Source of the DNA: Thermoplasmata archaeon
GTDB taxonomy: Archaea > Thermoplasmatota > Thermoplasmata > Lutacidiplasmatales > UBA184
DNA: 64,000 nt
Direction: 5' to 3'
Assembly (NCBI GenBank): GCA_021798195.1
Contig: JAJZYH010000004.1
Span: 8,095-72,094 of the forward strand
Made by a program: the position numbers and the translations under genes. Numbering within the stretch: the first letter of the stretch is position 1; every line of letters starts with the position of its first letter. Shown in pieces: positions 1-9,727 of the stretch. The notes beneath the pieces are model-generated. The model ran no database searches. It was not told where the DNA came from and saw only the letters and a list, made by a program, of their open reading frames with translations.

Positions 1-618
1 GGGATCGCTGCCGAGGCCCTGAGGATATCGCTCCCCGTTCCCGCGGAGGTGCTTGCGTTCCGGGGTGCCGCCGCGCTGGCCCGGGACCTCGGGGGTTCCC
101 TGGCGCACGGAGAGGAGGCATGGGAGGTGGCGCGCCTCCTGTTCCAGGCGGGCCGGCGGGTGAACGGGTGGAACCGGGAGGATGGCCTCGCCCTGGAGGT
201 CGCGGCGCGCCTGCATGATCTCGGGATGGCCATCGACCGGTGGCACCACCCGCACCATTCCTCCTACATCCTGCGCCACACCATCCTCCCGGGCCTGACC
301 CACCGCGAGGTCGCCATGGCGGCCATCGCGGTGGCCCTTCACGAGGGGGACTCCCTCCCCATGGGTTCCCTCCGCGAGTGGCGTGCGGTCCTCTCGGAGG
401 AGGACCTGCACCGGGCCCTCCAGTTGGGCCAGATCCTCAACGCCGCAGAGCTCTTATCGGGGAGGCCGGTCCACCTGCGGCGGTCCCCGCGCAGCCGAGT
501 GGTCACCATGGTCCCTTCTCATTCCTGGGCGGCCGCCCACGCCCCGGCTCTCGCGGCCAAGCTCACCCGCAAGCTTGAGCCCGAGACGGGGCTGCGGATC
601 GTGGTGGGCCATGGTTGA
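1..618 (+). CDS. ppx: Ppx/GppA-family exopolyphosphatase, C-terminal HD domain (5'-partial)
   Basis: Frame open from base 1; AARLHDLG...HPHHSSYIL...LPGLTHRE matches the PPX C-terminal HD domain; overlaps the next gene. Confidence 0.8.
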   Translation, partial: GIAAEALRISLPVPAEVLAFRGAAALARDLGGSLAHGEEAWEVARLLFQAGRRVNGWNREDGLALEVAARLHDLGMAIDRWHHPHHSSYILRHTILPGLTHREVAMAAIAVALHEGDSLPMGSLREWRAVLSEEDLHRALQLGQILNAAELLSGRPVHLRRSPRSRVVTMVPSHSWAAAHAPALAAKLTRKLEPETGLRIVVGHG

Positions 619-1306
619 CGCGCGCGCCAGGGCGAGACCGTTCCCGGGGAGGCTCATCGTCTTCGAGGGGCTGGATGGGAGCGGGAAGTCCACCCAGGCG
701 CGGCTCCTGGTGCGGTGGCTGAGCGCACGGGGCTTCCGCGTCTTCTTCACGGAGTGGAACTCCTCCGATCTGGTCTCCCGGGCCATCCGTCGGGGCAAGA
801 AGAAGGGTCTCCTCACACCCACCACATTCTCGCTCCTGCACGCCGCGGACTTCGCCGATCGATTCGAACGACAGGTGCTCCCGCCGCTCCGGGCGGGGTA
901 CATCGTGGTCTCGGACCGGTATTCGTACACGGCGTTCGTACGGGACACGGTCCGGGGGTGCGACCCCGCCTGGGTCCAGAACCTCTATTCCCTGGCCCCG
1001 CGTCCGGATGTCCCTCTCTACTTCCGGGTCTCGGTGGCCACCTCGCTCGCCCGGAAGCTCGCCTCCCGGGAGAAGATCAGCTACTACGAGGCGGGGATGG
1101 ACCTCGGCCTTTCCCGGGACCTGGTGGAGAGCTATTCCAAGTTCCAGGCACGGATCAAGCACGAGTACGAGGCGCTCGCGGGCCGCGAGCGGTTCACGGT
1201 GGTCGATGCCGACCAACCGGTGGAAGAGGTGGCGAAGGATGTCCGCCGTGCCATCCGCCCCCTCCTCGCCAACTTCCCCAAGACCGAGGTGCTCACGCAT
1301 GCGTAG
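611..1306 (+). CDS. Thymidylate-kinase-like protein, probable PPK3 polyphosphate kinase subunit with intact P-loop
   Basis: LIVFEGLDGSGKST P-loop, FTEWNSS, VSDRY, SYYEAGMD; ATG at 611; sits after ppx. Confidence 0.85.
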   Translation: MVDARARARPFPGRLIVFEGLDGSGKSTQARLLVRWLSARGFRVFFTEWNSSDLVSRAIRRGKKKGLLTPTTFSLLHAADFADRFERQVLPPLRAGYIVVSDRYSYTAFVRDTVRGCDPAWVQNLYSLAPRPDVPLYFRVSVATSLARKLASREKISYYEAGMDLGLSRDLVESYSKFQARIKHEYEALAGRERFTVVDADQPVEEVAKDVRRAIRPLLANFPKTEVLTHA

Positions 1307-2054
1307 CACGTTCGGGGGCCGGCTGCCCGGCCTCACCCCCATGCACCTCCGGCGCGGTCACCTCCTGGTCCTCGAGGGCCCCGACGGCTCGGGACGCACC
1401 ACGGAGGCCACCCTCCTCAAGGAATGGCTGGAGGTCCGGGGCCACCCCGTGGTGGACACCGGCCTGCGTCGCTCCACCCTCGTGAGCCGGATCATCGATC
1501 GGGCCAAGGAGGGACACACGTTCGGGCGGACCACCATGGCCCTCCTCTACGCCGCGGACTTCGCCGACCAACTCGAGAACAAGATCCTCCCCTCCCTGGC
1601 ATCGGGCGCCACCGTCCTGGCCGACCGGTACGTCTATACCCTCATCGCGCGGGCGGTGGTCCGCGGGGCCTCCCGACCCTGGGCCGACCGCCTCTACAGC
1701 TTCGCGCTGGTCCCGGACCTCACCATCTACCTGGATGCCCGCCCTGACATCCTCCTGCACCGGGCCATCGCCAAGTTCGGCTTCCTGGACTACTGGGAGT
1801 CGGGGATGGACCTCTCCCTCTCCCCGGACCGGTTCGAGAGCTTCCTGACCTACCAGAAGAGCCTTCGGGAGCAGTTCGAACAGATGGCCCGGCAGTACGG
1901 CTTTTGCCGGGTGGATGCCAACCGCACCCCGGAAGCGGTCCATCGCGACGTCCGGCGCATCGTGCAGGAATGGTTCACGCGGCAGCTCCGTCGGCCCACC
2001 CGTCCCGAGCGCATCGACGATGCCGCCATCGGGTCTACTTCCCGAGGGCGATGA
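1299..2054 (+). CDS. Second thymidylate-kinase-like protein, probable PPK3 partner subunit with variant P-loop
   Basis: LVLEGPDGSGRTT (K to R), LADRY, DYWESGMD; ATG at 1299 overlaps the previous gene. Confidence 0.85.
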   Translation: MRSTFGGRLPGLTPMHLRRGHLLVLEGPDGSGRTTEATLLKEWLEVRGHPVVDTGLRRSTLVSRIIDRAKEGHTFGRTTMALLYAADFADQLENKILPSLASGATVLADRYVYTLIARAVVRGASRPWADRLYSFALVPDLTIYLDARPDILLHRAIAKFGFLDYWESGMDLSLSPDRFESFLTYQKSLREQFEQMARQYGFCRVDANRTPEAVHRDVRRIVQEWFTRQLRRPTRPERIDDAAIGSTSRGR

Positions 2055-2589
2055 GCTGGCCCCGGGCCATGAGCCACTCCAGACGGGCTCCCCCCGGGGC
2101 GTATCCCACGTCGAACGCAAGCTTCGCCGCTCCCGCCCGTCGAAGTCGGGCCACGGCCACCGCCTCCCCGGTGAGGCAGAGGCCCAGGAAGAGACCCAGG
2201 GTGGGCTCGTGCCCCACCAGCGCGGGAACGTCCCCCGGGGGAATCTCTCGCCGCAGGCGGTCGAGGACGGGCTCCGGTGAGGATCCGGGGGCGAGTTCCG
2301 GCCAGGTCTCCAAGCGGGGGGGCGTCCCAAAACCTTCCCTCAGGATGCCGGCGGTCCGGAACGCCCGCTCGGCCGGGCTCGTCAAGAGGACCGTGATGTC
2401 CCAGGCAGTGCGGGAGAATCCTCGGGCGACTTCCCGGGTCGTCCGGATGCCGGCGGCGCTCAACGGTCGCAGGTCGTCGTCGGGCCACCGCCGGGGATCC
2501 CGCTCCAGGGAAGGTCCGTGGCGAACCACATAGAGGACCCGCGCGGAAGAGGACGCCTCCTCTGTCCCGTCTTCGTCCTTCGGCTCCAT
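2035..2589 (-). CDS. sixA: SixA-like histidine phosphatase
   Basis: LYVVRHG, RPLS, LLTSPAERAFRTA, LVGHEP motifs; ATG at 2589. Confidence 0.85.
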   Translation of the reverse strand: MEPKDEDGTEEASSSARVLYVVRHGPSLERDPRRWPDDDLRPLSAAGIRTTREVARGFSRTAWDITVLLTSPAERAFRTAGILREGFGTPPRLETWPELAPGSSPEPVLDRLRREIPPGDVPALVGHEPTLGLFLGLCLTGEAVAVARLRRAGAAKLAFDVGYAPGGARLEWLMARGQLIALGK

Positions 2590-2702
2590 CCGGGGGGAAA
2601 TGCGCCCCCGAGGTCTTGGACCCTTGCTTTGGACCCGCACGTTCGCCCTCTCCTCTTTCCCCTCAGCCTCCGGAGGCATTCCAACCGGTGGCCCGAGGGG
2701 GC

Positions 2703-3902
2703 CTACCGGCCCTTGGGATCTGGTTGGGACGGTTGGCTCCCTTCCTCGGGGCCTCCCGAAGGACTGGGCGCCCCGGTTTCGGGAAGCAGGTTCCCGTTGG
2801 GGAGCCCATGCGCGCTGGACTCTATGTCCAGGGTCAGCTCCGCAAGGTCGGCGGAGTACGACGCGATCCGGTCCATGGATTCCAGGAGGAGGCTCGCCGT
2901 GGCGGCGACGCTGGAGGGAAGACGAGGGAGCCTCTGGGCCAGGAGGAAGCGCTCCCAGAGGGCCGCCCGCTCCGAATGGATCCCCTCCGCGCGGTCGATG
3001 AGCTGATTGGCCCGGAGGGGGTCGGGGGCATCCAGAAGACCGGCGGCCTCGGCGAAGAGATCCATCACCTCTGCGTGGAATCGTTGCAGAGCGAGTCGGA
3101 GTTCCCCGGGGACGGCACCCTGGTTGAGCCGCTCGGATTCTCCGATCAACCGGATCGCGTGGTCGGAGATCCGTTCCAGCCCGCGGGCGGCGAGGAGGTG
3201 GTGAACCCCCTGCGACCAGGATGCGGGTCCCGACGGTGCCACGGGGACGATGGACCGACGGAGAAGGACCCGTTCCATCCACCATGCGAGGCGATCCACC
3301 TCGTCGTCCCGGGACGGGAGCCGGGAAAGATCGGGCCGCAGGGTCCCTTTGCCGAGGCACTCTCCGGATTCAGTGAGAAACGCACGAGTGAGTTGGGCCA
3401 TGCGACGCAGGAGTGCACCCGTGGAAAAGCCCTCCGGAGGTCCCATGTCCTTGAGGACCACGCTTTCCCGCCCCTCTTCCACCACCTCGAAGTGGGCCAC
3501 GCGCCGGACAAACTCCTTCACCACCTTGCGGATCTCCGGTGCGACCATTTCATCGTGCCGGAGGCGGATCGAGTCATAGCCACCGAGATAGGCCGCGATG
3601 AGCCGCCGGAAGAGGTACTCCGGTCGCTCGTCCCCCTCGACCTCCATGGAGAGCAACTGGTCCTGGGGGGCCCTGCGGAGGGAAGGCGCCACGAGGATAC
3701 CATCCCCCGGGATCCGGTGGAGGGCCACCTGGTTCCCCGCTTGGAGGCGCTGGCTCTGGAGCCATTTTCGGGGCAACGAGACCACCACTTCGCCCCCGCT
3801 CATGCCCCGCAATTGGCGCAGCGCCCGTCCCTCGCCGTCCGGCCCGGGGCGCTTCCCACCGGCCGTGGCCCTCCCGGGTCGGCCGTCTCCCACTTTCTTC
3901 AT
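2703..3902 (-). CDS. phoU: Archaeal phosphate-uptake regulator (AbrB-like N-terminus plus PhoU repeats)
   Basis: RQLRGMSGGEVVVSLPRKW, RRLIAAYLGGYD, DDEVDRL, LERISDHA, MDRIASYSADLAE. Confidence 0.85.
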   Translation of the reverse strand: MKKVGDGRPGRATAGGKRPGPDGEGRALRQLRGMSGGEVVVSLPRKWLQSQRLQAGNQVALHRIPGDGILVAPSLRRAPQDQLLSMEVEGDERPEYLFRRLIAAYLGGYDSIRLRHDEMVAPEIRKVVKEFVRRVAHFEVVEEGRESVVLKDMGPPEGFSTGALLRRMAQLTRAFLTESGECLGKGTLRPDLSRLPSRDDEVDRLAWWMERVLLRRSIVPVAPSGPASWSQGVHHLLAARGLERISDHAIRLIGESERLNQGAVPGELRLALQRFHAEVMDLFAEAAGLLDAPDPLRANQLIDRAEGIHSERAALWERFLLAQRLPRLPSSVAATASLLLESMDRIASYSADLAELTLDIESSAHGLPNGNLLPETGAPSPSGGPEEGSQPSQPDPKGR

Positions 3903-3919
3903 CTTTCTCCGGGTTGAAA

Positions 3920-3970
3920 TTACATTGTCACATGACTATATAGATTATCTACATAGAATATATTGTCAAG
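3920..3970. promoter_or_regulatory. AT-rich promoter/operator upstream of phoU with paired CTAYATAG boxes
   Basis: CTATATAG (3936-3943) and CTACATAG (3949-3956), flanked by two ATTGTCA copies, in a GC-rich background. Confidence 0.5.
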
Positions 3971-4246
3971 CTGACTCTGACGGAGACCTCCGGTTCCGCG
4001 GGTCGTGGGGGAGCCGTCTGAGCTCCTTGCCGTTCGCCCGGGAGTTCATCGTTGCGTGGGACATCCGGGGAGAGAAGGGCCGGGTCCTTCACGGAGAGCC
4101 AACCCCCCCGGAGTGGGGAGTGCCACCGGTGCAGGGAGGCCGGGGACCACCCCGGAGGGAGGATCGGGGACGACTGCGGGTGGAGGGGTGGTGGTTGCAA
4201 GGTTCGGGTTAATATGTGATGCTGGTGTTTGCGCAACGGTTCATTG

Positions 4247-6193
4247 ATGGTGCCAAGGTCGGTTTCCAATCGAAATACCGGTCGCTTTCCCCACTGGACC
4301 CGGTACACTCGGGGAATCCGGCAGAGCGTGCGCCAGTGGAGAGCCTATGGAGCGAGCCGGCGATCCTTGCTCTCCGGGTCCCGGAACCTAGCCCGATGGG
4401 CTCTCATCGCGGTTCCCATTGGTGTGGTGGCTGGCTTCGGAGCGGTGGCCTTCTATCTGCTGTGGTACGCCCTGACCGAACTGCTCGTGGTGGGAGTGGT
4501 GGGGATCACCTACCCCCTCGCGGGAGGCGAGCTCGGACAGACGGTGACATGGGGGACCGATGTCTCCGAACCGTTGCGCATCCTTCTGCTCCCCCTGGTC
4601 ATGACGGCAGGAGGGTACGGCGCGGGCCTGCTCGCCCAGAAATTTGCCCCGGAGATCCAGGGGCACGGAACGGATGAGGCCATCACCGCGTTCCACCATC
4701 GGCAGGGTCAGATCCGGGCTCGCGTTCCCTTGCTCAAGATCCTGGCTTCCTCCCTCACCCTCGGATCCGGTGGGAGCGGGGGCCGTGAGGGCCCCGTGGC
4801 TCAAGTGGGCGGGGGGTTCGGATCCGTCCTCGCAGGAGCCCTGGGTCTCAGCGAGAAGGATCGTCGGACCGCCCTCGCCACAGGGTTGGGGGCCGGCGTG
4901 GGGGCCATCTTCAAAGCCCCCCTGGGAGGGGCTCTCTATGCGACGGAAATCATGTACACGGGAGACTTCGAACCGGAAGTTTTCGTGCCCGCCGTGATGG
5001 CTTCGGTCACCAGTTACGCGATCTTCGGTCTGTTCTTCGGGTTCACCACCTTGTTCACCTCACCCACGGGGGTCGGGTGGAACATCCAGCAGATCCCGCT
5101 CTACGCGCTCCTCGGTCTCCTCTGCGCCGGGGCCGGTCTCTTCTTCATCCGGATGTACCTTTCGACGCTGAACTGGTTCCAGCGGAAGGCGTGGCCGCTC
5201 TCCCAACGGACCGCCGTGGGAGCGCTGATCGCGGGAGCCTGCATCCTGGGCGTGTTCTTTCTCTTCCCGTGGGATACGAGCCATTTCGCGGCTCTCTCCA
5301 GCATCGACGTCGGATATGGGTTCGTTCAGGCCGCCATGTTCGACCAGATCTTCATCACCATCGGACCTTTCGCGGTGATCATCCTCGCCGTGGCGGTGAT
5401 CCTGCGCATGGTCACCACGTCCATGACCGTGGGCAGCGGGGGGAGCGCGGGCCTCTTCGGGACTTCCGTGGTCATCGGAGCCCTCTTGGGGTCCGGGGTG
5501 GGCGGGGTGTTCCACATCCTTCTCCCCCACCAGGTCCCCACCGCGGACATCGCGGCGTTCTCCATCGTTGGGATGATGGCCTTCTTCGGAGGGATCTCGA
5601 AGGCTCCCCTCGCGGTGCTGGTGATGGTCGTGGAGATGGCGGGGACCTACTCTCTCCTCCTGCCCGCCATGCTTGCCATCTTCATCGCGTACGCGGCGAC
5701 CGGGAGTTCCCACATCTACGTCGCCCAGATCGATTCCCGCATCCAAAGCCCGGCCCATCGGGATGAATACCGGGACTACTTCCTCCAGGAGACCCCGGTC
5801 CTCGCGCTTCCCAAAGCCGAGGCCGTAGAGGTGACCCCTTCGACCACGATCCGGGACGCGCTGGACGTGGTCGCACGGACCGGGCAGACGACCTTGCCCA
5901 TGGTGGACAACGGCCGGCTCTTGGGTGTCGTCCGCTTCCGAGAGTTGGTGGAGACTCCCGAACCGCAGCGGGGGTCGTTGCTGGCCTACGATCGGTTGGA
6001 ACCCTGTACCGCGGTGGTGACCACCGATGCTACGGCGGCCGAGGCCCTCCGGGCCATGGAGAACGCGAATTCCAGTGTGGCAGCGATCGTCACCGCAGGG
6101 TCCCCCGTCCGGTACGTGGGGCTCGTGACCCGGGGGGGCATCCTGCACATGCTCCCCAAGGGGGAAGGGGCCGCCCGTCCCCCTCCTATTTGA
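4247..6193 (+). CDS. ClC-family chloride channel/antiporter with C-terminal CBS pair
   Basis: GHGTDEAI, GSGGREGP, FKAPLGG, GGSAGLF and many TM segments; start uncertain (4229 or 4247). Confidence 0.9.
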   Translation: MVPRSVSNRNTGRFPHWTRYTRGIRQSVRQWRAYGASRRSLLSGSRNLARWALIAVPIGVVAGFGAVAFYLLWYALTELLVVGVVGITYPLAGGELGQTVTWGTDVSEPLRILLLPLVMTAGGYGAGLLAQKFAPEIQGHGTDEAITAFHHRQGQIRARVPLLKILASSLTLGSGGSGGREGPVAQVGGGFGSVLAGALGLSEKDRRTALATGLGAGVGAIFKAPLGGALYATEIMYTGDFEPEVFVPAVMASVTSYAIFGLFFGFTTLFTSPTGVGWNIQQIPLYALLGLLCAGAGLFFIRMYLSTLNWFQRKAWPLSQRTAVGALIAGACILGVFFLFPWDTSHFAALSSIDVGYGFVQAAMFDQIFITIGPFAVIILAVAVILRMVTTSMTVGSGGSAGLFGTSVVIGALLGSGVGGVFHILLPHQVPTADIAAFSIVGMMAFFGGISKAPLAVLVMVVEMAGTYSLLLPAMLAIFIAYAATGSSHIYVAQIDSRIQSPAHRDEYRDYFLQETPVLALPKAEAVEVTPSTTIRDALDVVARTGQTTLPMVDNGRLLGVVRFRELVETPEPQRGSLLAYDRLEPCTAVVTTDATAAEALRAMENANSSVAAIVTAGSPVRYVGLVTRGGILHMLPKGEGAARPPPI

Positions 6194-6264
6194 TTTCCTA
6201 TCCGGCGCGCATGGATGGGCGCAGGCCAACCATTTTGTGAGAGGACCTCCTCCGGGAGGCCCTC

Positions 6265-7650
6265 ATGCATATCGTGTTCAACACCCAGACCCCTCCGGTC
6301 CGGCCGCTTCCCGGTTCCCGAGGTTTCCCCCACCGGGACGTCTGGAGGGTCGGTGTGGATTGCCTACCTTCGGTGGGGGGAGTGGTGCCCATGGTCCGGG
6401 CCGTCATCCGCGCCTCCACAGGTTCCTGGCTCTCTCGGGGCACCGGTTGGGTCTCCCTGGGGGGCCCAGGGTATCCCTCCGGGGCCAGACTCGATGACGG
6501 GGTCGAGGCCCGGTTCGTGAATCTTCCGGAACCGATCCGGGCAGGCTACACACGGTTCAAGGAGAGCATCTGGCGTTCGTTCCACGGAACCGGAACCTTC
6601 CAGTTCGACCGGGAGGGATACCGGTGCTTCACGGACTATTCGTTCCGCACGGCCCGAATCCTCCAGGGGCTCGCAGACTCCACCGATGCCTTCTACATCC
6701 ATGACTTTCAGCAAATCCAGGTGGGAGGACTCCTGGGTCCCCTCGCTCCGGCCGTCCTCCGCTGGCACATCCCCTTCAACCTTGAGATGTATCCGCCACC
6801 CGTCCGCCACTTCTTCATGGCGAATCTCGGGGGGTACGATGGGATCATTGTCTCCACGCGGCGGGAGCTGGAGAGCCTCCTGCGCGCGGGATATCGGGGA
6901 CTCGCGTTCCAGATCTATCCCCACGTGGATCCATCCCAGTACCGTCCGGCTCCTCCGGCGCTCCCGGGACAGCTTCGGGAGGAGTGGGACCTTGGGGACG
7001 GACCCGTGGTGCTCTGCGTCGCGCGGATGGATCCCCAGAAACGGCAGGACCTGTTGCTGGAGGCATGGCCCTACGTGGCGCGCCGGTTTCCCCGCGCTCG
7101 ACTGGTCCTGGTGGGGAACGGAAGCTTCTCGGGGGGACACGGGAAGGCTTCCCAATGGCGGACCTACCTGGAGCAACTGGTACGGCGCCATCGGATCACG
7201 GGATCGGTCCGCTTCGTGGGCTATCTGGAGGATGAGCGCCTAGCCGCCGCCTATGACCTTTCCCACTTGGTGGTGCTTCCCTCACCCCGGGAGGGATTCG
7301 GGCTCGTGGCGGTGGAGGCATGGCTGCACCGGCGGCCGGTGCTGGTGACGGAAGGGGCCGGGGTCCGGGAGATCATGACCCGGGGGGTGGACGGAGATGT
7401 GGTCCCGGCGTTCTCCTCCCGTGCGCTGGCCCGGGGAATGGCCCGTCTCCTGGCCCATCCCAGGCAACTCGAGTCCATGGGGGAACGGGGAGCGGAGACT
7501 GCCCGGAATTGCTTCGTGGACGAAGCGATCGTCCGGATCCGGGAGGTCTTTTCCGTGGTCATGCGGGGCTACCGCCAGAGAAAACGACCCACTCGCATCT
7601 TGACCGGCCTATCGGGGCGGTACGCCGACCAGGTACATCCGGAAGAGTGA
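6265..7650 (+). CDS. GT-B glycosyltransferase (GT4) with OtsA/TreT-like N-terminal motifs
   Basis: VARMDPQKRQD and PSPREGFGLVAVEA in the C-terminal half; GGVVPMV, YIHDFQQ, WHIPF in the N-terminal half. Confidence 0.85.
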   Translation: MHIVFNTQTPPVRPLPGSRGFPHRDVWRVGVDCLPSVGGVVPMVRAVIRASTGSWLSRGTGWVSLGGPGYPSGARLDDGVEARFVNLPEPIRAGYTRFKESIWRSFHGTGTFQFDREGYRCFTDYSFRTARILQGLADSTDAFYIHDFQQIQVGGLLGPLAPAVLRWHIPFNLEMYPPPVRHFFMANLGGYDGIIVSTRRELESLLRAGYRGLAFQIYPHVDPSQYRPAPPALPGQLREEWDLGDGPVVLCVARMDPQKRQDLLLEAWPYVARRFPRARLVLVGNGSFSGGHGKASQWRTYLEQLVRRHRITGSVRFVGYLEDERLAAAYDLSHLVVLPSPREGFGLVAVEAWLHRRPVLVTEGAGVREIMTRGVDGDVVPAFSSRALARGMARLLAHPRQLESMGERGAETARNCFVDEAIVRIREVFSVVMRGYRQRKRPTRILTGLSGRYADQVHPEE

Positions 7651-7740
7651 CCGATCCCCCAAGACGTTCGTCCCCGGGCCGCCCTTGGCGGATCCATCGG
7701 GGGAGGTTTCAAATACGGAGCCGCCGTCGCAACGCGCCAT

Positions 7741-7815
7741 AGCGGGGTAGGGTAGTCAGGTTATCCCGACGGGCTCATAACCCGTAGATCCATGGTTCAA
7801 ATCCATGCCCCGCTA
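7741..7815 (+). tRNA. Initiator tRNA-Met (CAT)
   Basis: AGCGGGG/CCCCGCT acceptor stem with A1-U72; anticodon arm ACGGG-CTCATAA-CCCGT with three G-C pairs; T arm CATGG-TTCAAAT-CCATG. Confidence 0.95.
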
Positions 7816-8059
7816 CCCACTCCGAAGTTCAGGGACTTGGAGGTGTTGACCCGACCTCGTGGGCAACAGGGCCATCTCCCGTGGGAACGGGGGTGCGTAC
7901 TTCCAAGGGCCGCCCACGAGGGAGAGAGGAGGGAGAGTACGGCATGTCCTCCGTGTCGGGGTCCCTTTGCGACCGTCCGTATAGGCTCCATATGTCCCAC
8001 AGCCATTTGTGGACGGGCACATGCCGGGGGCAGGGGGGAGCGGATCGGAAGGATCGACC

Positions 8060-8572
8060 ATGGGTCACCCCGTCCCACATCTTGTGGATCTCCGGCGCAT
8101 CCGAGAGGAGGACTGGGCCACGTACAGGGCCCTGAGGCTCCAAATGCTCCAGGAGTCCCCCTTGGCCTTCGCTTCCCCCGACGAATCCCGCCGCGACCTG
8201 CCGGATTCATGGTGGCAGGATCGAACCTCGGAAGGAGCCAGGTCACCCGAGGAAGCCATGTGGATAGCCACGGTGGAGGGGGTTGCGGTGGACATGGTCG
8301 CCGTCTCGCGGCGGACCCCCGAGGTACGCATCTTCTCCATGTGGGTCCATCCCGAGCATCGCGGAAACGGGATCGGTGGCCGTCTCCTCCATATGGCCCT
8401 CGCCTGGGCCCAGGGCCAGGGTCCACGGATTCCGGTGCTCCTCGACGTCCATCCCCGGCAGAGGGCGGCCCTTCACATGTACCGGAAGAAGGGCTTTCGG
8501 CTCACGGGGAAGCAGGAACCTCTACCGCACACACGGGGTGAAGTGGCGGTGGAGATGAGGTGGATGCCGTAG
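8060..8572 (+). CDS. GNAT N-acetyltransferase
   Basis: YRALRLQMLQESPLAF, MWVHPEHRGNGIGGRLL, ALHMYRKKGF. Confidence 0.9.
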   Translation: MGHPVPHLVDLRRIREEDWATYRALRLQMLQESPLAFASPDESRRDLPDSWWQDRTSEGARSPEEAMWIATVEGVAVDMVAVSRRTPEVRIFSMWVHPEHRGNGIGGRLLHMALAWAQGQGPRIPVLLDVHPRQRAALHMYRKKGFRLTGKQEPLPHTRGEVAVEMRWMP

Positions 8573-8668
8573 GGCACCGTTCAAGGATCGGGGGAAACGG
8601 ACAGTACCTGGAGTCTGGAGACGGACTCCTCTCCGGTTCTTCCCGGGAACCCCTGACCCCCCCCTTCG

Positions 8669-9064
8669 TCAGGCCAAGGGGCCCTCGCGCGAAGGTGGGC
8701 GGTAGCGGTACCATGCGAACCCGGACACCTGGGACAGGGGGATCCACCCGAAGTGTCGGCTGTCCCGGCTCCGAACCACATTGTCCCCGCGGACATCGAC
8801 CCAGAGTGCTCCCGAGGATTCCCGGATCGCGTGGACCCTCTTGATGAGCCACCGCTCCCGGGATTCCGGGTCCCGGAGCACCACGATCTCGCCGGGCTGA
8901 GGGGGCCGTATCCGGTATTCCTTTCGGTCCACGAACAAGCGATCCCCCGGGAGGAGCGTGGGGGACATGCTGTCGTCGATCACCTCCACCCGCCGACTCC
9001 TCCACCATCGGCTCCACGGGGAGCGCTTCCAGGACCACGTATGTCCAGAGGAGGTTTCCTCCAT
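8669..9064 (-). CDS. sodX: Ni-SOD maturation protease (S26 family)
   Basis: DSMSPTLLPGDRL, LIKRV, RGDN...SRDSRHFG; divergent from sodN. Confidence 0.85.
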   Translation of the reverse strand: MEETSSGHTWSWKRSPWSRWWRSRRVEVIDDSMSPTLLPGDRLFVDRKEYRIRPPQPGEIVVLRDPESRERWLIKRVHAIRESSGALWVDVRGDNVVRSRDSRHFGWIPLSQVSGFAWYRYRPPSREGPLA

Positions 9065-9110
9065 CGCTGGTTCCGCCGGGTTTAAGGCTCCGGGAGTTCT
9101 GCGGGAGGGC

Positions 9111-9638
9111 ATGTTCGGACTAAAGAGCTTCCGGAAGCGATTCTACGCCCTCTCCGACCACCTGCGCCCCCCCCTCCCGGTCTTCGCCCATTGCGACATC
9201 CCCTGCGGAATCTACGACCCGCATGAAGCCCAGATCGCCGCCCTCACGGTCATCCGGATGGATCAGTTGATCGGCGAGCTTCCTCCCCCGGCAGCCGATG
9301 CGAAGGCGGAGGAGAAACACGCGTACACCCACAAGCTCGCCCGGTACACCGCCGTCAAGGAGCAGCATGCGGAGAAGCTCAAGCATGAGATCCGGGTGAT
9401 CTACGGGGATTACATCACGGCGGACATGGTGAAGAAGTTCCCGGAGCTCCCGGACCTCGTCTTCAAGATCTGGAAGCAGGCATCCAAGGCACGCCAGGAG
9501 GTCAACTTGGCAGGCGCCCAGGAACTTCTGGCCAGCGTCCACCAGTTCGCCGAGGTCTTCTGGAAGACCAAGAACGTGGCGACCCGGAAGGTTCCCTCGA
9601 ACCAGAAATCGGGGGGAGAGATCGTCCTCCCGGCATGA
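9111..9638 (+). CDS. sodN: Nickel superoxide dismutase precursor
   Basis: Ni-hook HCDIPCGIYDP after a 26-aa propeptide ending in VFA; FAEVFWKTK tail; TTTAAG box at 9081. Confidence 0.95.
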   Translation: MFGLKSFRKRFYALSDHLRPPLPVFAHCDIPCGIYDPHEAQIAALTVIRMDQLIGELPPPAADAKAEEKHAYTHKLARYTAVKEQHAEKLKHEIRVIYGDYITADMVKKFPELPDLVFKIWKQASKARQEVNLAGAQELLASVHQFAEVFWKTKNVATRKVPSNQKSGGEIVLPA

Positions 9639-9727
9639 GACGGGGATCCCCCTTCTGCGAAGGCAGTGGGGGGGGACGTTTCTGGCTTCCGTAACTGGTT
9701 TCCATCTCGACGGCATCCCCCGTGCCG

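Noticed and set aside
3970-4246. Fluoride riboswitch upstream of the ClC gene
   Set aside because: No crcB-motif consensus visible, and the protein has the canonical GREGP motif of chloride-type ClCs.
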